Shown piece by piece: positions 7,722 to 17,615 of a DNA stretch of 64,000 nt. The position numbers were made by a program, and so were the translations under genes. The notes below the pieces were generated by a model. The model was given only the letters and a program-made list of their open reading frames with translations. It was not told the DNA's origin and made no database searches. Positions within the stretch are counted from its first letter, which is position 1; each line of letters begins with the position of its first letter. Source of the stretch: an uncultured cyanobacterium (GTDB taxonomy: Bacteria; Cyanobacteriota; Cyanobacteriia; Cyanobacteriales; CAWCAG01); assembly GCA_963803805.1 (NCBI GenBank), contig CAWDOD010000011.1, positions 640,001 through 704,000 on the forward strand, given 5' to 3'.

Positions 7722-10151
7722 ATGCCCAAACATAAAAGCTATGGCCCCAAAGTTAAAGAACGAGCAAAGATACTTTTAGAAGCTTTGTTAGGCTGGGTTG
7801 ATGGCGAATTTGAGGAGTGGGAATATTTGAAGATTGAGACGAGATGGAAGGAAGATAGTTATGATTTGGTTGTTAAGACTCAGCTTCGCTATTTAGAAGC
7901 ATTAACAGAGCAAAAGTTAAACAAGGATAAGATTAAAGAAACTCTCAAACGATTTGAAGACTTTTTAGGGATCTTAGAAGATAATCGTGCTAAAACTCAA
8001 GGTTCTGCTGATTGGCACTTTACCTTAAAACTTTGGTCAAGGGATAAAAGCAAAAATCTCCAAGAGTTGGAAAAAGAATGGGAAAAACTTAGACCAGAAA
8101 AATCGAAACAAGCCACAGGAGATTTGGCGATTCCACCCTCAGAGGAATCTTGGCAATTGGAGAAAGAAAATGAGCCATCCCTTCCTCTACATAATCTCCC
8201 TATTACTGACCATAGCACCTTTGTAGGGCAGCAAACTCAACTAACCAAGTTGCTGAAACTACTTTCTTTTGAACATCCTGCCCATGTAATTGCCATTGAA
8301 GGAGTGGGAGGAATTGGCAAAACTAGTTTAGTATTAGCAGCCGCATATCGTTGTCTGGCGGCTAGTGAAGATCGGCAAGACTTTCCCGGTGTTCCTAACT
8401 TTGCCGCAATTATTTTTACCTCCGCTAAACAAGAACAAATTGTGGGCATCCAGATATCCCCGCGTCAAAAGCAAGAACGTACTCTCCAAGATATTTTTCG
8501 AGCCATTTTGCGTACCCTAGATAATCTAGATACTTTTCCTGCCAACTTTGAGGAACAATGGCATTGGGTACGCGAAAACCTCAGCAACCAGTCAACTTTA
8601 TTGATCATCGATAACCTAGAAACTTGCCAGGAACAACAAGAGGTTCTCGCTTTTATTGGAGAATTGCCACCAACTGTAAAAGTTGTACTTACTAGTCGGG
8701 TTCGTTTGGGATTAGGGGCTTGTTTGCACTTAGATTGCTTGCCCCCAAAAGAAGGTAAATATTTGCTGCAACAACGAGGGCAAGAAAAAACTTTGCAACT
8801 CAAAGAAGAACATCTGCAAAAGCTTTATGAAAAAACTGGGGGACATCCCTTAGCTATTGTGTATACTATTGGTCAAGTTGCAGTTTATGGTATCTTTTCT
8901 ACTTTAGCAAACCAGGGTTTAAATCAAGCTACTAGTGATGTTGCTCAATTTTGTTTTGAGGACTCGACAAAAGGTTTGCGAAGTCAACCTACCCATCGAT
9001 TGCTGATGTCGCTAGGTTTGTTTTCTCAATCAGCTTCCTTAGCTGCAATGACTGAAATTGCTTTGTCAGGGGTTGATGCCTTAGAAGAAATAGCCCAACT
9101 GCATCAACTATGCTTAATCAAGCAAGTAGGGGAAAGATATCAATGGCATCAGCTTACCCGTGAGTATGCCTTAAAAGAATTGCAGGGGCATCCTGAGTTT
9201 GAGCAATTGCTGCGGGAACGCTGGATTAACTGGTATTTGTGCTTTTCTAGACCCTATGCCACCACTAATTGGCGTAGATGGCAAGAATATAAACTCTTAG
9301 AACAAGAGTGGGACAATCTTCGCGGGGTTGTAACTTGGTGTCTGGAGTGTGATCGTTATGAAGATGTGCAAAAATTTTGGCAATGCCTTAAAGGTTATAC
9401 CTATATCCTCGGCTACTGGCAAGAACGTCTGGTTTGGACAAATTGGTTATTGCAAAAAGCGCAGCAACGCCAAGACAGATTGCAGATTGCCGAAGCCTTA
9501 TCTGACCAAGGCTGTACCCTCACTTCAATGGGACAACCACAACAACTAGCTGAAGCAGAAACCCTCTTTATCCAGGCTGAAAAATTTAGTGATCGCCTAA
9601 ACGTAGATTTTCAGCTAGAGTTAGCTATAAATAGAGCTATACTTGCTATTGCTCAAAACCAGCTTAGCGCTGCCCTCAACTGGTTAAATGAATCTCAAAC
9701 TTGGTTACAACAAAAGCCCTCCGAAGATCCTAACCGCCAACACCAACTTCTGCGCCTCAATTACTATCAAGCCCATGTTTGCTACAAGAAGGGAGAATTC
9801 TCAAAAGCGCAAACTCTTTATAGGCAGGCACTGCCCCAAGCCCAAGCAATAGGTTGGCAACAGATGGAAGTTTACAGCCTCAATTGGTTAGCAGATCTTG
9901 CCATCGAAGCATATGATTGGGAGAATGCCGCAGATTTATTAGAGCAAAGTTGGCCTCTTGCTAAAATTCAAAAAGATCGGCGTTCCATCGCTTTTCATCA
10001 GCGTTCCTGGGCTATGTTAGAACAGGGCAGGGGAGAAATAGAACTAGCCCAAAAATGGGCGGAGAAGGCTTTACGCAGCTTTAAGAGGCTAGGAATGGGG
10101 CAGAAAGCTGAAGAAATGGTATTTTTAAGGGATGAGGGGATTATGAGATGA
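7722..10151 (+). CDS. STAND (NB-ARC) NTPase with N-terminal cyanobacterial domain and C-terminal TPR-like helices
   Basis: Walker A GVGGIGKT, Walker B LLIIDNLE, VVLTSR, GGHPLAI, helical repeats. Confidence 0.85.
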   Translation: MPKHKSYGPKVKERAKILLEALLGWVDGEFEEWEYLKIETRWKEDSYDLVVKTQLRYLEALTEQKLNKDKIKETLKRFEDFLGILEDNRAKTQGSADWHFTLKLWSRDKSKNLQELEKEWEKLRPEKSKQATGDLAIPPSEESWQLEKENEPSLPLHNLPITDHSTFVGQQTQLTKLLKLLSFEHPAHVIAIEGVGGIGKTSLVLAAAYRCLAASEDRQDFPGVPNFAAIIFTSAKQEQIVGIQISPRQKQERTLQDIFRAILRTLDNLDTFPANFEEQWHWVRENLSNQSTLLIIDNLETCQEQQEVLAFIGELPPTVKVVLTSRVRLGLGACLHLDCLPPKEGKYLLQQRGQEKTLQLKEEHLQKLYEKTGGHPLAIVYTIGQVAVYGIFSTLANQGLNQATSDVAQFCFEDSTKGLRSQPTHRLLMSLGLFSQSASLAAMTEIALSGVDALEEIAQLHQLCLIKQVGERYQWHQLTREYALKELQGHPEFEQLLRERWINWYLCFSRPYATTNWRRWQEYKLLEQEWDNLRGVVTWCLECDRYEDVQKFWQCLKGYTYILGYWQERLVWTNWLLQKAQQRQDRLQIAEALSDQGCTLTSMGQPQQLAEAETLFIQAEKFSDRLNVDFQLELAINRAILAIAQNQLSAALNWLNESQTWLQQKPSEDPNRQHQLLRLNYYQAHVCYKKGEFSKAQTLYRQALPQAQAIGWQQMEVYSLNWLADLAIEAYDWENAADLLEQSWPLAKIQKDRRSIAFHQRSWAMLEQGRGEIELAQKWAEKALRSFKRLGMGQKAEEMVFLRDEGIMR

Positions 10152-10170
10152 TGGGGTAAAGAGAATGATT

Positions 10171-12128
10171 TTACCGGGTATTAATTTCTTGCAAATGCTC
10201 ACCAGGATTTAACTTTTCAGGATGATTATTATTACCTGTAGTTGTTGTTGGAGAAAGAAAATAACTAAAATTACCAGACCTCAATTGCAGTAATTCTACT
10301 TCTTGTTCTACTTTTTGTCTTTGTTGTTCTTTTTCCACATACTCCACCATTTTTCTCCTGGCAATCTGACCAGATTCAGTATTGAGAGGGACTTTTTCTA
10401 AATAATGTATTGCTTCAATAAAGTCACCTTTTTCTGCTAAATCGTAAGCTTTTTGCAGGAAAAAATCTGCCCTAATTCTTTGCTTTTGGCGATACTCCTG
10501 TAACTTAGGTTTTATGCTTACCCCCACAGCAGTATCCGCAGGTATTTTTTCTAAATAAGTTAGGCCGCAGTAAACTCTTTTTCCTTGGCTAATTCAAAGG
10601 CTTTAGCTAATAATTCTTCGGCATTAGTTTCTAAATTAACTTCTGCTGCTTCTACTAAAGGAGCAAGTTTTTCTTGCCAAAAAGGACTAGGAGGTGCTTT
10701 CTGGGCTGCTGCTATAACTTGCTGCCATTTTTCTTGTTGAAAAGCGGTTTCTGCTGCTTCATACTGTACCTTTGCTAAGCGCCATTCTTGCTGCCATTTC
10801 GCCACCCTAGTTTGAGATTTGTTATAAATAGAGCTATCTTGATTAACAGATTCTGCTAAAGAAATAGCTGCTGTTAAATCTCCGTTAGCATAGGCTTGTT
10901 CTGCTTCCCATAAAACATCAACTCCAGAATCAGCAAGATTAGTATTAAATAAGTAATGAACTCCAAAGGCAATGGCTAAAGCATTAACCGCCGCCATACC
11001 AAACCCTAAACTAGTCAGAACTGGGAAGAGTTTAAAAAGGTTAAGAAAACCAGAATCTAACAATTGAATACTGTTATCAGTAAGTTCTGGCCAAGAAATT
11101 TGCTTGTCTTCTTTTTCCGGCTTTTCCTGTAAGCTTGTTTCGCTTAATAATTCCTCTTGGAGAACAGTTTCTTCTGTAATTAGAAGCTGTTCATCAGAAC
11201 GATGACCAGGAAAAAGTACAAACTGGGGTAAATCTAGCTGGCATAGTGGTTTTAAAGCTGCAATAACCTCTCGCGCTGACTGATAGCGTTCCTGAGCATC
11301 ATAACAAGTCATTCTGTCGATAATTGCCGCTAATTGGTTACTAAAACCAAGTTCAATGGCATTATCTCGACATAAATGTCGCCAACTAATTTTGCCAGTT
11401 TCTAAATTAAGTTGTAACTTAGCAGGATCTAAACCAGTTAAAGCTTGAATAGCGATGCTGCCGACAGAATAAATATCACTATTAGCATAGGGCTTACCTA
11501 TTAGTTGTTCAGGGGCAATATAACCTAAAGGACTAACTGCTACTGTAGTTTTAAAAGGAATAGTATGGCAAGATTGTTCTGGAGGGAAAATATCTATTAA
11601 TTGGGCAGCACCAAAATCAATTAGAATTAGTTTCCCATCCTTAGCTCGCCGAATCAAATTATTCGGTTTAATGTCGCAATGAATCACCCCTTGATCATGA
11701 ACAAACTCCAAAATATTTAATAAGTTGTGGAGCAAATTCAAGACCTGACCATCACAACCCCAACCACCACAATATTCACTCAAAGGTAAATAAGCATCAA
11801 GGGATTGACCGGCTATTAATTCTTGGATTAAATAAAAACCTTGACTCTCTTCAAAAAAGGCTAAAAGTTGAGGAACTTGTTCATAACCCTTCAGCTTTTC
11901 GAGAACTTCTATTTCTTTATAAAATAAGCGTCTACCAGTTCTCAATAAACTAGGATAGTCTCCGACAACTTTTCGATGCTTAACTACACATTTTTTTCTA
12001 CCGGAGGTGGTAATATCTTCAGCGATGTAAGTCTGTCCAAAAGCTCCAGCACTAAGAACTTGGACAATTTTATAACGCTCTTTTAATAGTTGACCTAATA
12101 AGGGATAATTAACTCTATCAGCTAGCAA
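10171..12128 (-). pseudogene. Membrane-anchored Ser/Thr protein kinase with helical C-terminal repeats; frameshift near 10563
   Basis: SAGAFG, VVK, HCDIKPNN, DFG and APE motifs plus a TM helix. Adding one base joins ORFs 10560-12128 and 10171-10527 (KEFTAA-LTYLEKIPADTAVG), matching the repeat IEAIHYLEKVPLNTESG. Confidence 0.8.
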
Positions 12129-12256
12129 TTTCCTTCCTCCCCCCTAATACTATTTATCATTGAACATTAAACATTTATTATCCTTTGTTAAGGATAGGAT
12201 TTCTCGTGTTTTTATTATTTTTTGGTAACAAGTTCCCTCTAACCCACTCATTCGAT

Positions 12257-12526
12257 ATAGCAATTATTAGTACCATGAAGTATGGCTTAGACTCTGGTTT
12301 TTGCGCTTTTGCTAATGGAAATATGGAAATGTACCTCAGCAGCTTGGAAATTGCTATCTACAAAAATGGGTTACTAAAAATGCTCTGACGATTGATAAGC
12401 TGAAATACTCTTCAGTTTTCCCCGAAGTAATTCTATTTCCGGAAAAACTATCTAGGAATTATTAGTACCATGAGGTACGGCTTAGACTCTGGCTTTTGCG
12501 CTTTTGCTAATGTACCTCAGCAACTT
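12257..12526. repeat. Two tandem copies of a ~70-100-bp hairpin-type dispersed element
   Basis: Near-identical ATTATTAGTACCATGA(A/G)GTA..GGCTTAGACTCTGG..TTGCGCTTTTGCTAATG..GTACCTCAGCA at about 12262-12345 and 12457-12526. Copy 1 is bounded by ATAGCAATT/AATTGCTAT. Confidence 0.8.
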
Positions 12527-12613
12527 ATAAATTACATAAGCTGTCAAGAATTTAATTTATTTGTTAGGATTGACGGAAAACTGCGGAGCTAGGGAGTAAT
12601 AATTGACTAATTA

Positions 12614-14466
12614 TTACTCCTGTGTATTTTCTATTGAAGGGGAACTATCTGGAGTTTTTGGTTCTTCTACCGAATCAAGAAACCATTTAGTTGCTAAACT
12701 CCCTATGCCAACTATGGTTAATAGAGCGACTATCCCTAATAAAATAGCTAAACTCTTGGGTAAAGAGCGTTTAGAAGTTTCTATTTCTGCTTCTTCTGGT
12801 TTTTGTTTTTCTACCTCTACCTCTTCAACTTCCGGTAAGGAAGGGGATATAACCGATGGTTTTTGTTCTGCTTCTGAATTGAGTAGGGCTTCACTAATTA
12901 CACTTACCCCAGGCAACTCTGATAAATTAACTAGTACAGGATATTGAGCAGAAACCCCATAGTAAGCTAAAGAAATGGTGGTATTATCATGACCATTTTT
13001 TTCATTAGCTAAGTTAACCAAACTTTGGGCCATCTCATCTAAAGAAACTTTCCCAGCGATCGCCTCAGGGGCAAAATCTCGCCAATGTTGCTCAATTAAA
13101 TCATTATCACTCAAACCATCGGAGCAAAGCAATAGTAAGCCATCTTCTTCTATAATTAATCTTCTCACCCTAGGGCGCAGCAAATCAGCATCCTTCGTAC
13201 CCAAGGCTTGGATCAAAGCCCCTGCATCTGGACGTTGCCAAGCTTCTCGATACAAACTTCGTCCCAAACTTACTTCTCGACTAGCTACATCATCATCTAC
13301 CGTTAGCTTTTGGCAATATTCTGAAGTAATCCAGTAGGCACGACTATCCCCAACCCAAGCAAGGTAAAGTTCATGGCTATTCCCTACCCCCGATTCTGGT
13401 TGACGCAGTTGTTGCGGGAGTTGCAAGCCCATAACTAAGGTGGTTGCCATTCTTCTACGAGATTCCCTGCCTTGTTCATCATTCCGGGCGGCGATCACAT
13501 TATTAACCACGCGAATTACTGCGGCTAATTGTTGGGCAACTAAATCCGGACTCATGATTTTAGGATCTTCTGCAATCTCCCTTAATAAAGCGCGGATTTG
13601 CAACTTCAAAGTTTGCACCGCTAGCTGACTAGCTACTTCCCCCCCTCATGGCCCCCAATACCGTCGCAAATCGCCGTGAGGTGTTGGCTCAAAGGATCGC
13701 CACTTTCATAAATATCTTCTTTCGTCGGGTAATAGCTATCTTCGTTATGATTTTGACGAGGCCCAGCATCGGTAATCCCAGTAATTTTTACCCTTAATGG
13801 TCTTTGGGCGGCTGTTTCCAATAACAAGCGGTTAAAGCGGGATTGCAAGCTTTTTAAAGAAACATTATCACTTTGTAACTCTGAAACAAATCCTTCTAAC
13901 TGCAAGGCAATATCGCTACTAGCGTAACTAACCAAAGATGACCAGAAGTTTCCTAATTGCTTTAAATTAGCTGGAGTTGCCGTTTCAGGATGCAATTCCA
14001 ATAGCCACAGTCGCCAACCTTGCACTCGCACATTCTTACTATCAAGCAGTAAGCTAGAAGCGACTCCTGCTTCTTGTAGAGGTTCCCACAAATCTAGCAT
14101 TTGCCACAACCAATAAAGCTGCCTCACAGCAGAGGCTTCTCCCCAAGCATCTGCCAAACTAGGATAAAGATTGCCCTGCTCATCTACTGGTACATTTTCT
14201 AGTAAGACAACCTCAGATTTACCTAACCGGCAAACTCCATAAACTTCAGGAATATGGAGGCGTTGGGGAAGCAATTTTAGGTAGATTTGTACCCAGTCTG
14301 ATAAAGAATCTTCCCCAGAAACTGGCTGTTCTGGTTTCGTATCCTGCCAAATTTGCGACCCAATAATTTTATATCTATCTTCAATAAAATCGACTTGAGA
14401 TAACTGAGTTGCACTTTCTCCTGATGCCCAAAGATAGGGATTTATTTTTTGTTGCAAGCTAACCAT
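12614..14466 (-). pseudogene. PP2C-family Ser/Thr phosphatase with C-terminal TM helix; frameshift in a G7 tract
   Basis: CDGIGGH, VGDSR, CSDGL and GHDNTT motifs. One extra G at 13639-13645 restores GGHEGGEVASQLAVQTL. Confidence 0.85.
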
Positions 14467-14725
14467 AAACTTAAAGTTTTATTAAAAACTATCTGATCAA
14501 AGGCTAAAGAGTAAATATTACCTTGAATGCTGAAAGAATTTAATTTTATAGCTCAATTAGGAAGCTTGTAGCATCTTGCGTTGGGTTAATTTTTTCCTGC
14601 TTCCTACTCCTTACTCCCTACTCACTTACTATAATTGAGATGGAATGCTTTAGAGAAAAATTCTGAATTTTGAGCAGTTGAGGATATGATCTGCACCTTC
14701 GACCAGCTTAAATAATGCCCATTGT

Positions 14726-15157
14726 ATGCCTAATCCTACCTTAATCTGGCTAATTGCCGGGTCACTCCTTTGTTTAACAGAGTTATTTCTGCCCACTGCT
14801 TTTGTATCTTTTATGATGGGGCTAAGCGCTCTAGTCGTGGCGGGGCTGGCTTTGATTTTGCCACAATTTACTTTACAGGTGGCTATTTGGCTAGCTTTAT
14901 CCACTCTGCTAATTCTCCTTTCCCGCCGTTTATTTAGTCCTAGCCGCCGTTTGAGGGATTTAGGTGAAGATAGCGAAGGAAAAACTTTAACCGCTATTGA
15001 ACCAGGAGAAGCAGGAAGGGTACTCTATGAAGGCAACTCTTGGCGGGCGAAATGTGCAGATGATTGGCAAGAAATCGCCGCTCATGAAAAAGTTTATATC
15101 TTAAGAAAAGAAGGTAATACCTTAATTGTTTTGCCTCAAAAAATTCTCTCTTCTTGA
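14726..15157 (+). CDS. NfeD family membrane protein
   Basis: N-terminal TM helices, GRVLYEGNSWRA OB-fold motif, located upstream of an SPFH gene. Confidence 0.88.
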   Translation: MPNPTLIWLIAGSLLCLTELFLPTAFVSFMMGLSALVVAGLALILPQFTLQVAIWLALSTLLILLSRRLFSPSRRLRDLGEDSEGKTLTAIEPGEAGRVLYEGNSWRAKCADDWQEIAAHEKVYILRKEGNTLIVLPQKILSS

Positions 15158-15238
15158 AGAGTATAACTTCATAAAAACAAGCTTTTGTCGCTTGTAGTCT
15201 CTACTAAATCATAAAATTACAATTTAAGGAGATGTCTA

Positions 15239-16252
15239 ATGGGACAGTTTCTCATCCTAGCGTTTTTAGCAATAGTTGGTTCTGGAGTAGCAGGCTCTGT
15301 CAAAATTGTTCAAGAAAAAGAACAGTATTTAGTCGAAAGTTTAGGTAGCTACAAAGGTAAACTCGATCCTGGTTTAAATTTCGTTACCCCTTTCATCGAC
15401 AAAGTTGTTTACAAGGGTAACATCAAAGAAAAAGTTCTTGATATCCCGGCTCAATCTTGTATCACTCGCGACAACGTTTCTATTAGTGTTGATGCTGTGG
15501 TTTATTGGCGGATTATGGATATGTACAAAGCCCATTACAAGGTAGAGAATCTCCGAGATGCCATGGTTAATATGGTGCTTACCCAAATTCGCTCAGAAAT
15601 GGGGCAGCTTGAATTAGATCAAACCTTTACCGCCAGAACAGAAATTAATGAAATTCTCCTCCGGGAGCTAGATATTGCCACCGACCCTTGGGGGGTTAAA
15701 GTAACTAGGGTAGAATTGCGGGATATTGTTCCTTCTCGTGCAGTACAAGATTCCATGGAATTACAAATGTCTGCCGAAAGAAAAAAACGAGCAGCAATTC
15801 TCACTTCTGAAGGAGAAAAAGATTCAGCAGTTAACTCGGCAAAAGGTAAAGCTGAAGCAAGGGTATTAGACGCAGAAGCTCGTAAAAAGGCTGCTATATT
15901 GGATGCAGAAGCCCAGCAAATGGCTATTGTCCTCAAAGCTGAAGCAGAGCGCAAAGAAAAAGTCCTTCAGGCACAGGCTACAGCAGAAGCCTTAGAAATT
16001 GTTTCTCAAAGATTAGCATCAGATTCTCAAAGCCATGAAGCTTTGAAATTTCTTTTAACCCAAAATTACTTGGATATGGGGAAAGCTATTGGTAATAGTG
16101 ATAGCAGCAAAGTTATGTTTTTAGACCCCGGTAGTATTATTTCTACCTTAGAGGGGATGCGCTCTATTGTTGGTAATAATAACAACTCGAATCTAGATTT
16201 TTCTAACCTTAACTTAGCACCAGAAAAAATTGACAATCATTCAGCAGAATGA
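15239..16252 (+). CDS. SPFH/stomatin-prohibitin domain protein
   Basis: [31 protein letters not shown], coiled coil. Confidence 0.92.
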   Translation: MGQFLILAFLAIVGSGVAGSVKIVQEKEQYLVESLGSYKGKLDPGLNFVTPFIDKVVYKGNIKEKVLDIPAQSCITRDNVSISVDAVVYWRIMDMYKAHYKVENLRDAMVNMVLTQIRSEMGQLELDQTFTARTEINEILLRELDIATDPWGVKVTRVELRDIVPSRAVQDSMELQMSAERKKRAAILTSEGEKDSAVNSAKGKAEARVLDAEARKKAAILDAEAQQMAIVLKAEAERKEKVLQAQATAEALEIVSQRLASDSQSHEALKFLLTQNYLDMGKAIGNSDSSKVMFLDPGSIISTLEGMRSIVGNNNNSNLDFSNLNLAPEKIDNHSAE

Positions 16253-16305
16253 GTTTAACTAGTTTCTTTTGAAGGAAAGGAAATTAACTTATTCTAATAT
16301 TCACA

Positions 16306-16332
16306 GTAGAGGCGTTAAATCAACGTCTCTAC
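16306..16332. repeat. REP-like GTAG hairpin
   Basis: GTAGAGGCGTT-AAATC-AACGTCTCTAC imperfect palindrome. Confidence 0.7.
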
Positions 16333-16354
16333 CGTTTTAATTATTAAAGCTTTT

Positions 16355-17470
16355 ATGCAACAAACAGCATCTTCTTTGTCCAGGTCTAAAAATACCCTTC
16401 ATTATCAATTAACTAAATTAGATGCTCTCAGAGGCTTTGCCAGCATTTATATCGTTTTACATCACTTGGTTATCAAATTTGTCAACTCTCAAGCTGAAGC
16501 TTCCTTGTTCCTAAAAATCCTAAAGCTCATTTTTAGTTTTGGACAAGAATTTGTCATTTTATTTTTCCTTATTAGCGGCTTTGTTATTTATTTATCCACT
16601 AAAAGAAATAGTCAGCTTAATTTTTCAAATTACTTTCTCAAACGTTTTAGACGTATATACCCCCCAGTTATTATCGCTATTTTACTATCTATACTAATTG
16701 TTATCCTGAATGGCAAAATTGCGCGAGGTATTAATTTAGGGCAGCTTGTAGGTAACTTATTGATGATTCAAGATACTGGTTTCACTAAACCAGGGGTTTG
16801 GTGCGAACCTTTTGTCAACAACTATCCCCTTTGGTCTTTATCTTACCAATGGTGGTTTTATATGCTGTTTTTCCCACTTTACAAAACCTTACCTCAGAGT
16901 AATTATCGTATTTACTTTATTCTCTTTATTTCTGGGAGTGCTTGGTTGAGTTACTTGGCTCAACCCAACTACCTTTTTTTAGTGTTTACTTATTTAATTA
17001 TTTGGTGGTCTGGCTTAGAAACTGCTGCTGTTTTCTTGAGATATAGCCGCTTTAGCTTCAGCAAAATGAAACATATATTCATTTGCTTAAGCATCATGTG
17101 CTTTGCCACTTTTATGCCTCTACTTCAAGCAGAGGAAATAAGTTTTGGCATTTATCCTTTCTTGATATTTAGACACTTTATTGCTAGCTTATTGATATTA
17201 GTTGTTGCCCTTATTTGGTATCAAAGGGGCATGATCTTCTTTCGACAAACTTTAGGACATTTTGCGGTTCTTGCCCCTATATCCTACGGCATTTATTTAT
17301 TCCATTACCCCATCTTAATTTCCTGGAACACTAGCTCCTGGTTACCTAACTTCATCTTATCTCTAGGTATGAAATTAGTCTGTGTTATAAGTTTAGCTTA
17401 CTTAGTTGAACAAAAAATGCAACCAAGTATTCGCGATTTTTTCCAACCCAGAAAATCACCCGTGGGCTAA
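16355..17470 (+). CDS. Acyltransferase-3 family integral membrane protein
   Basis: LDALRGFA, FFLISGFVI, KRFRRIYP, WSLSYQWWFY and ISYGIYLFH motifs. Confidence 0.9.
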   Translation: MQQTASSLSRSKNTLHYQLTKLDALRGFASIYIVLHHLVIKFVNSQAEASLFLKILKLIFSFGQEFVILFFLISGFVIYLSTKRNSQLNFSNYFLKRFRRIYPPVIIAILLSILIVILNGKIARGINLGQLVGNLLMIQDTGFTKPGVWCEPFVNNYPLWSLSYQWWFYMLFFPLYKTLPQSNYRIYFILFISGSAWLSYLAQPNYLFLVFTYLIIWWSGLETAAVFLRYSRFSFSKMKHIFICLSIMCFATFMPLLQAEEISFGIYPFLIFRHFIASLLILVVALIWYQRGMIFFRQTLGHFAVLAPISYGIYLFHYPILISWNTSSWLPNFILSLGMKLVCVISLAYLVEQKMQPSIRDFFQPRKSPVG

Positions 17471-17615
17471 ATAAAAATCCCTTTACTTTTCCGAAGAGCT
17501 ATTACTGTAAGTTAAACTTATAAATAACTTAACTAGGGGCTAATTGAAAATACTCAGCAAATCTAAAAGAACTAACTAGAAACAGAACAGCTAATCGACC
17601 AATAATCAATCCCTA

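Noticed and set aside
12185-12388. 67-aa ORF over the hairpin repeat
   Set aside because: TTG start, lies across a repeat element, no recognisable motif.
12257-12526. CRISPR array or tandem c-di-GMP-I riboswitch (the minus strand reads GCGCAAAAGCCAGAGTCTAAG)
   Set aside because: Only two long copies, no regular spacers and no cas genes. The GNRA-capped stem and the rest of the riboswitch consensus are missing.
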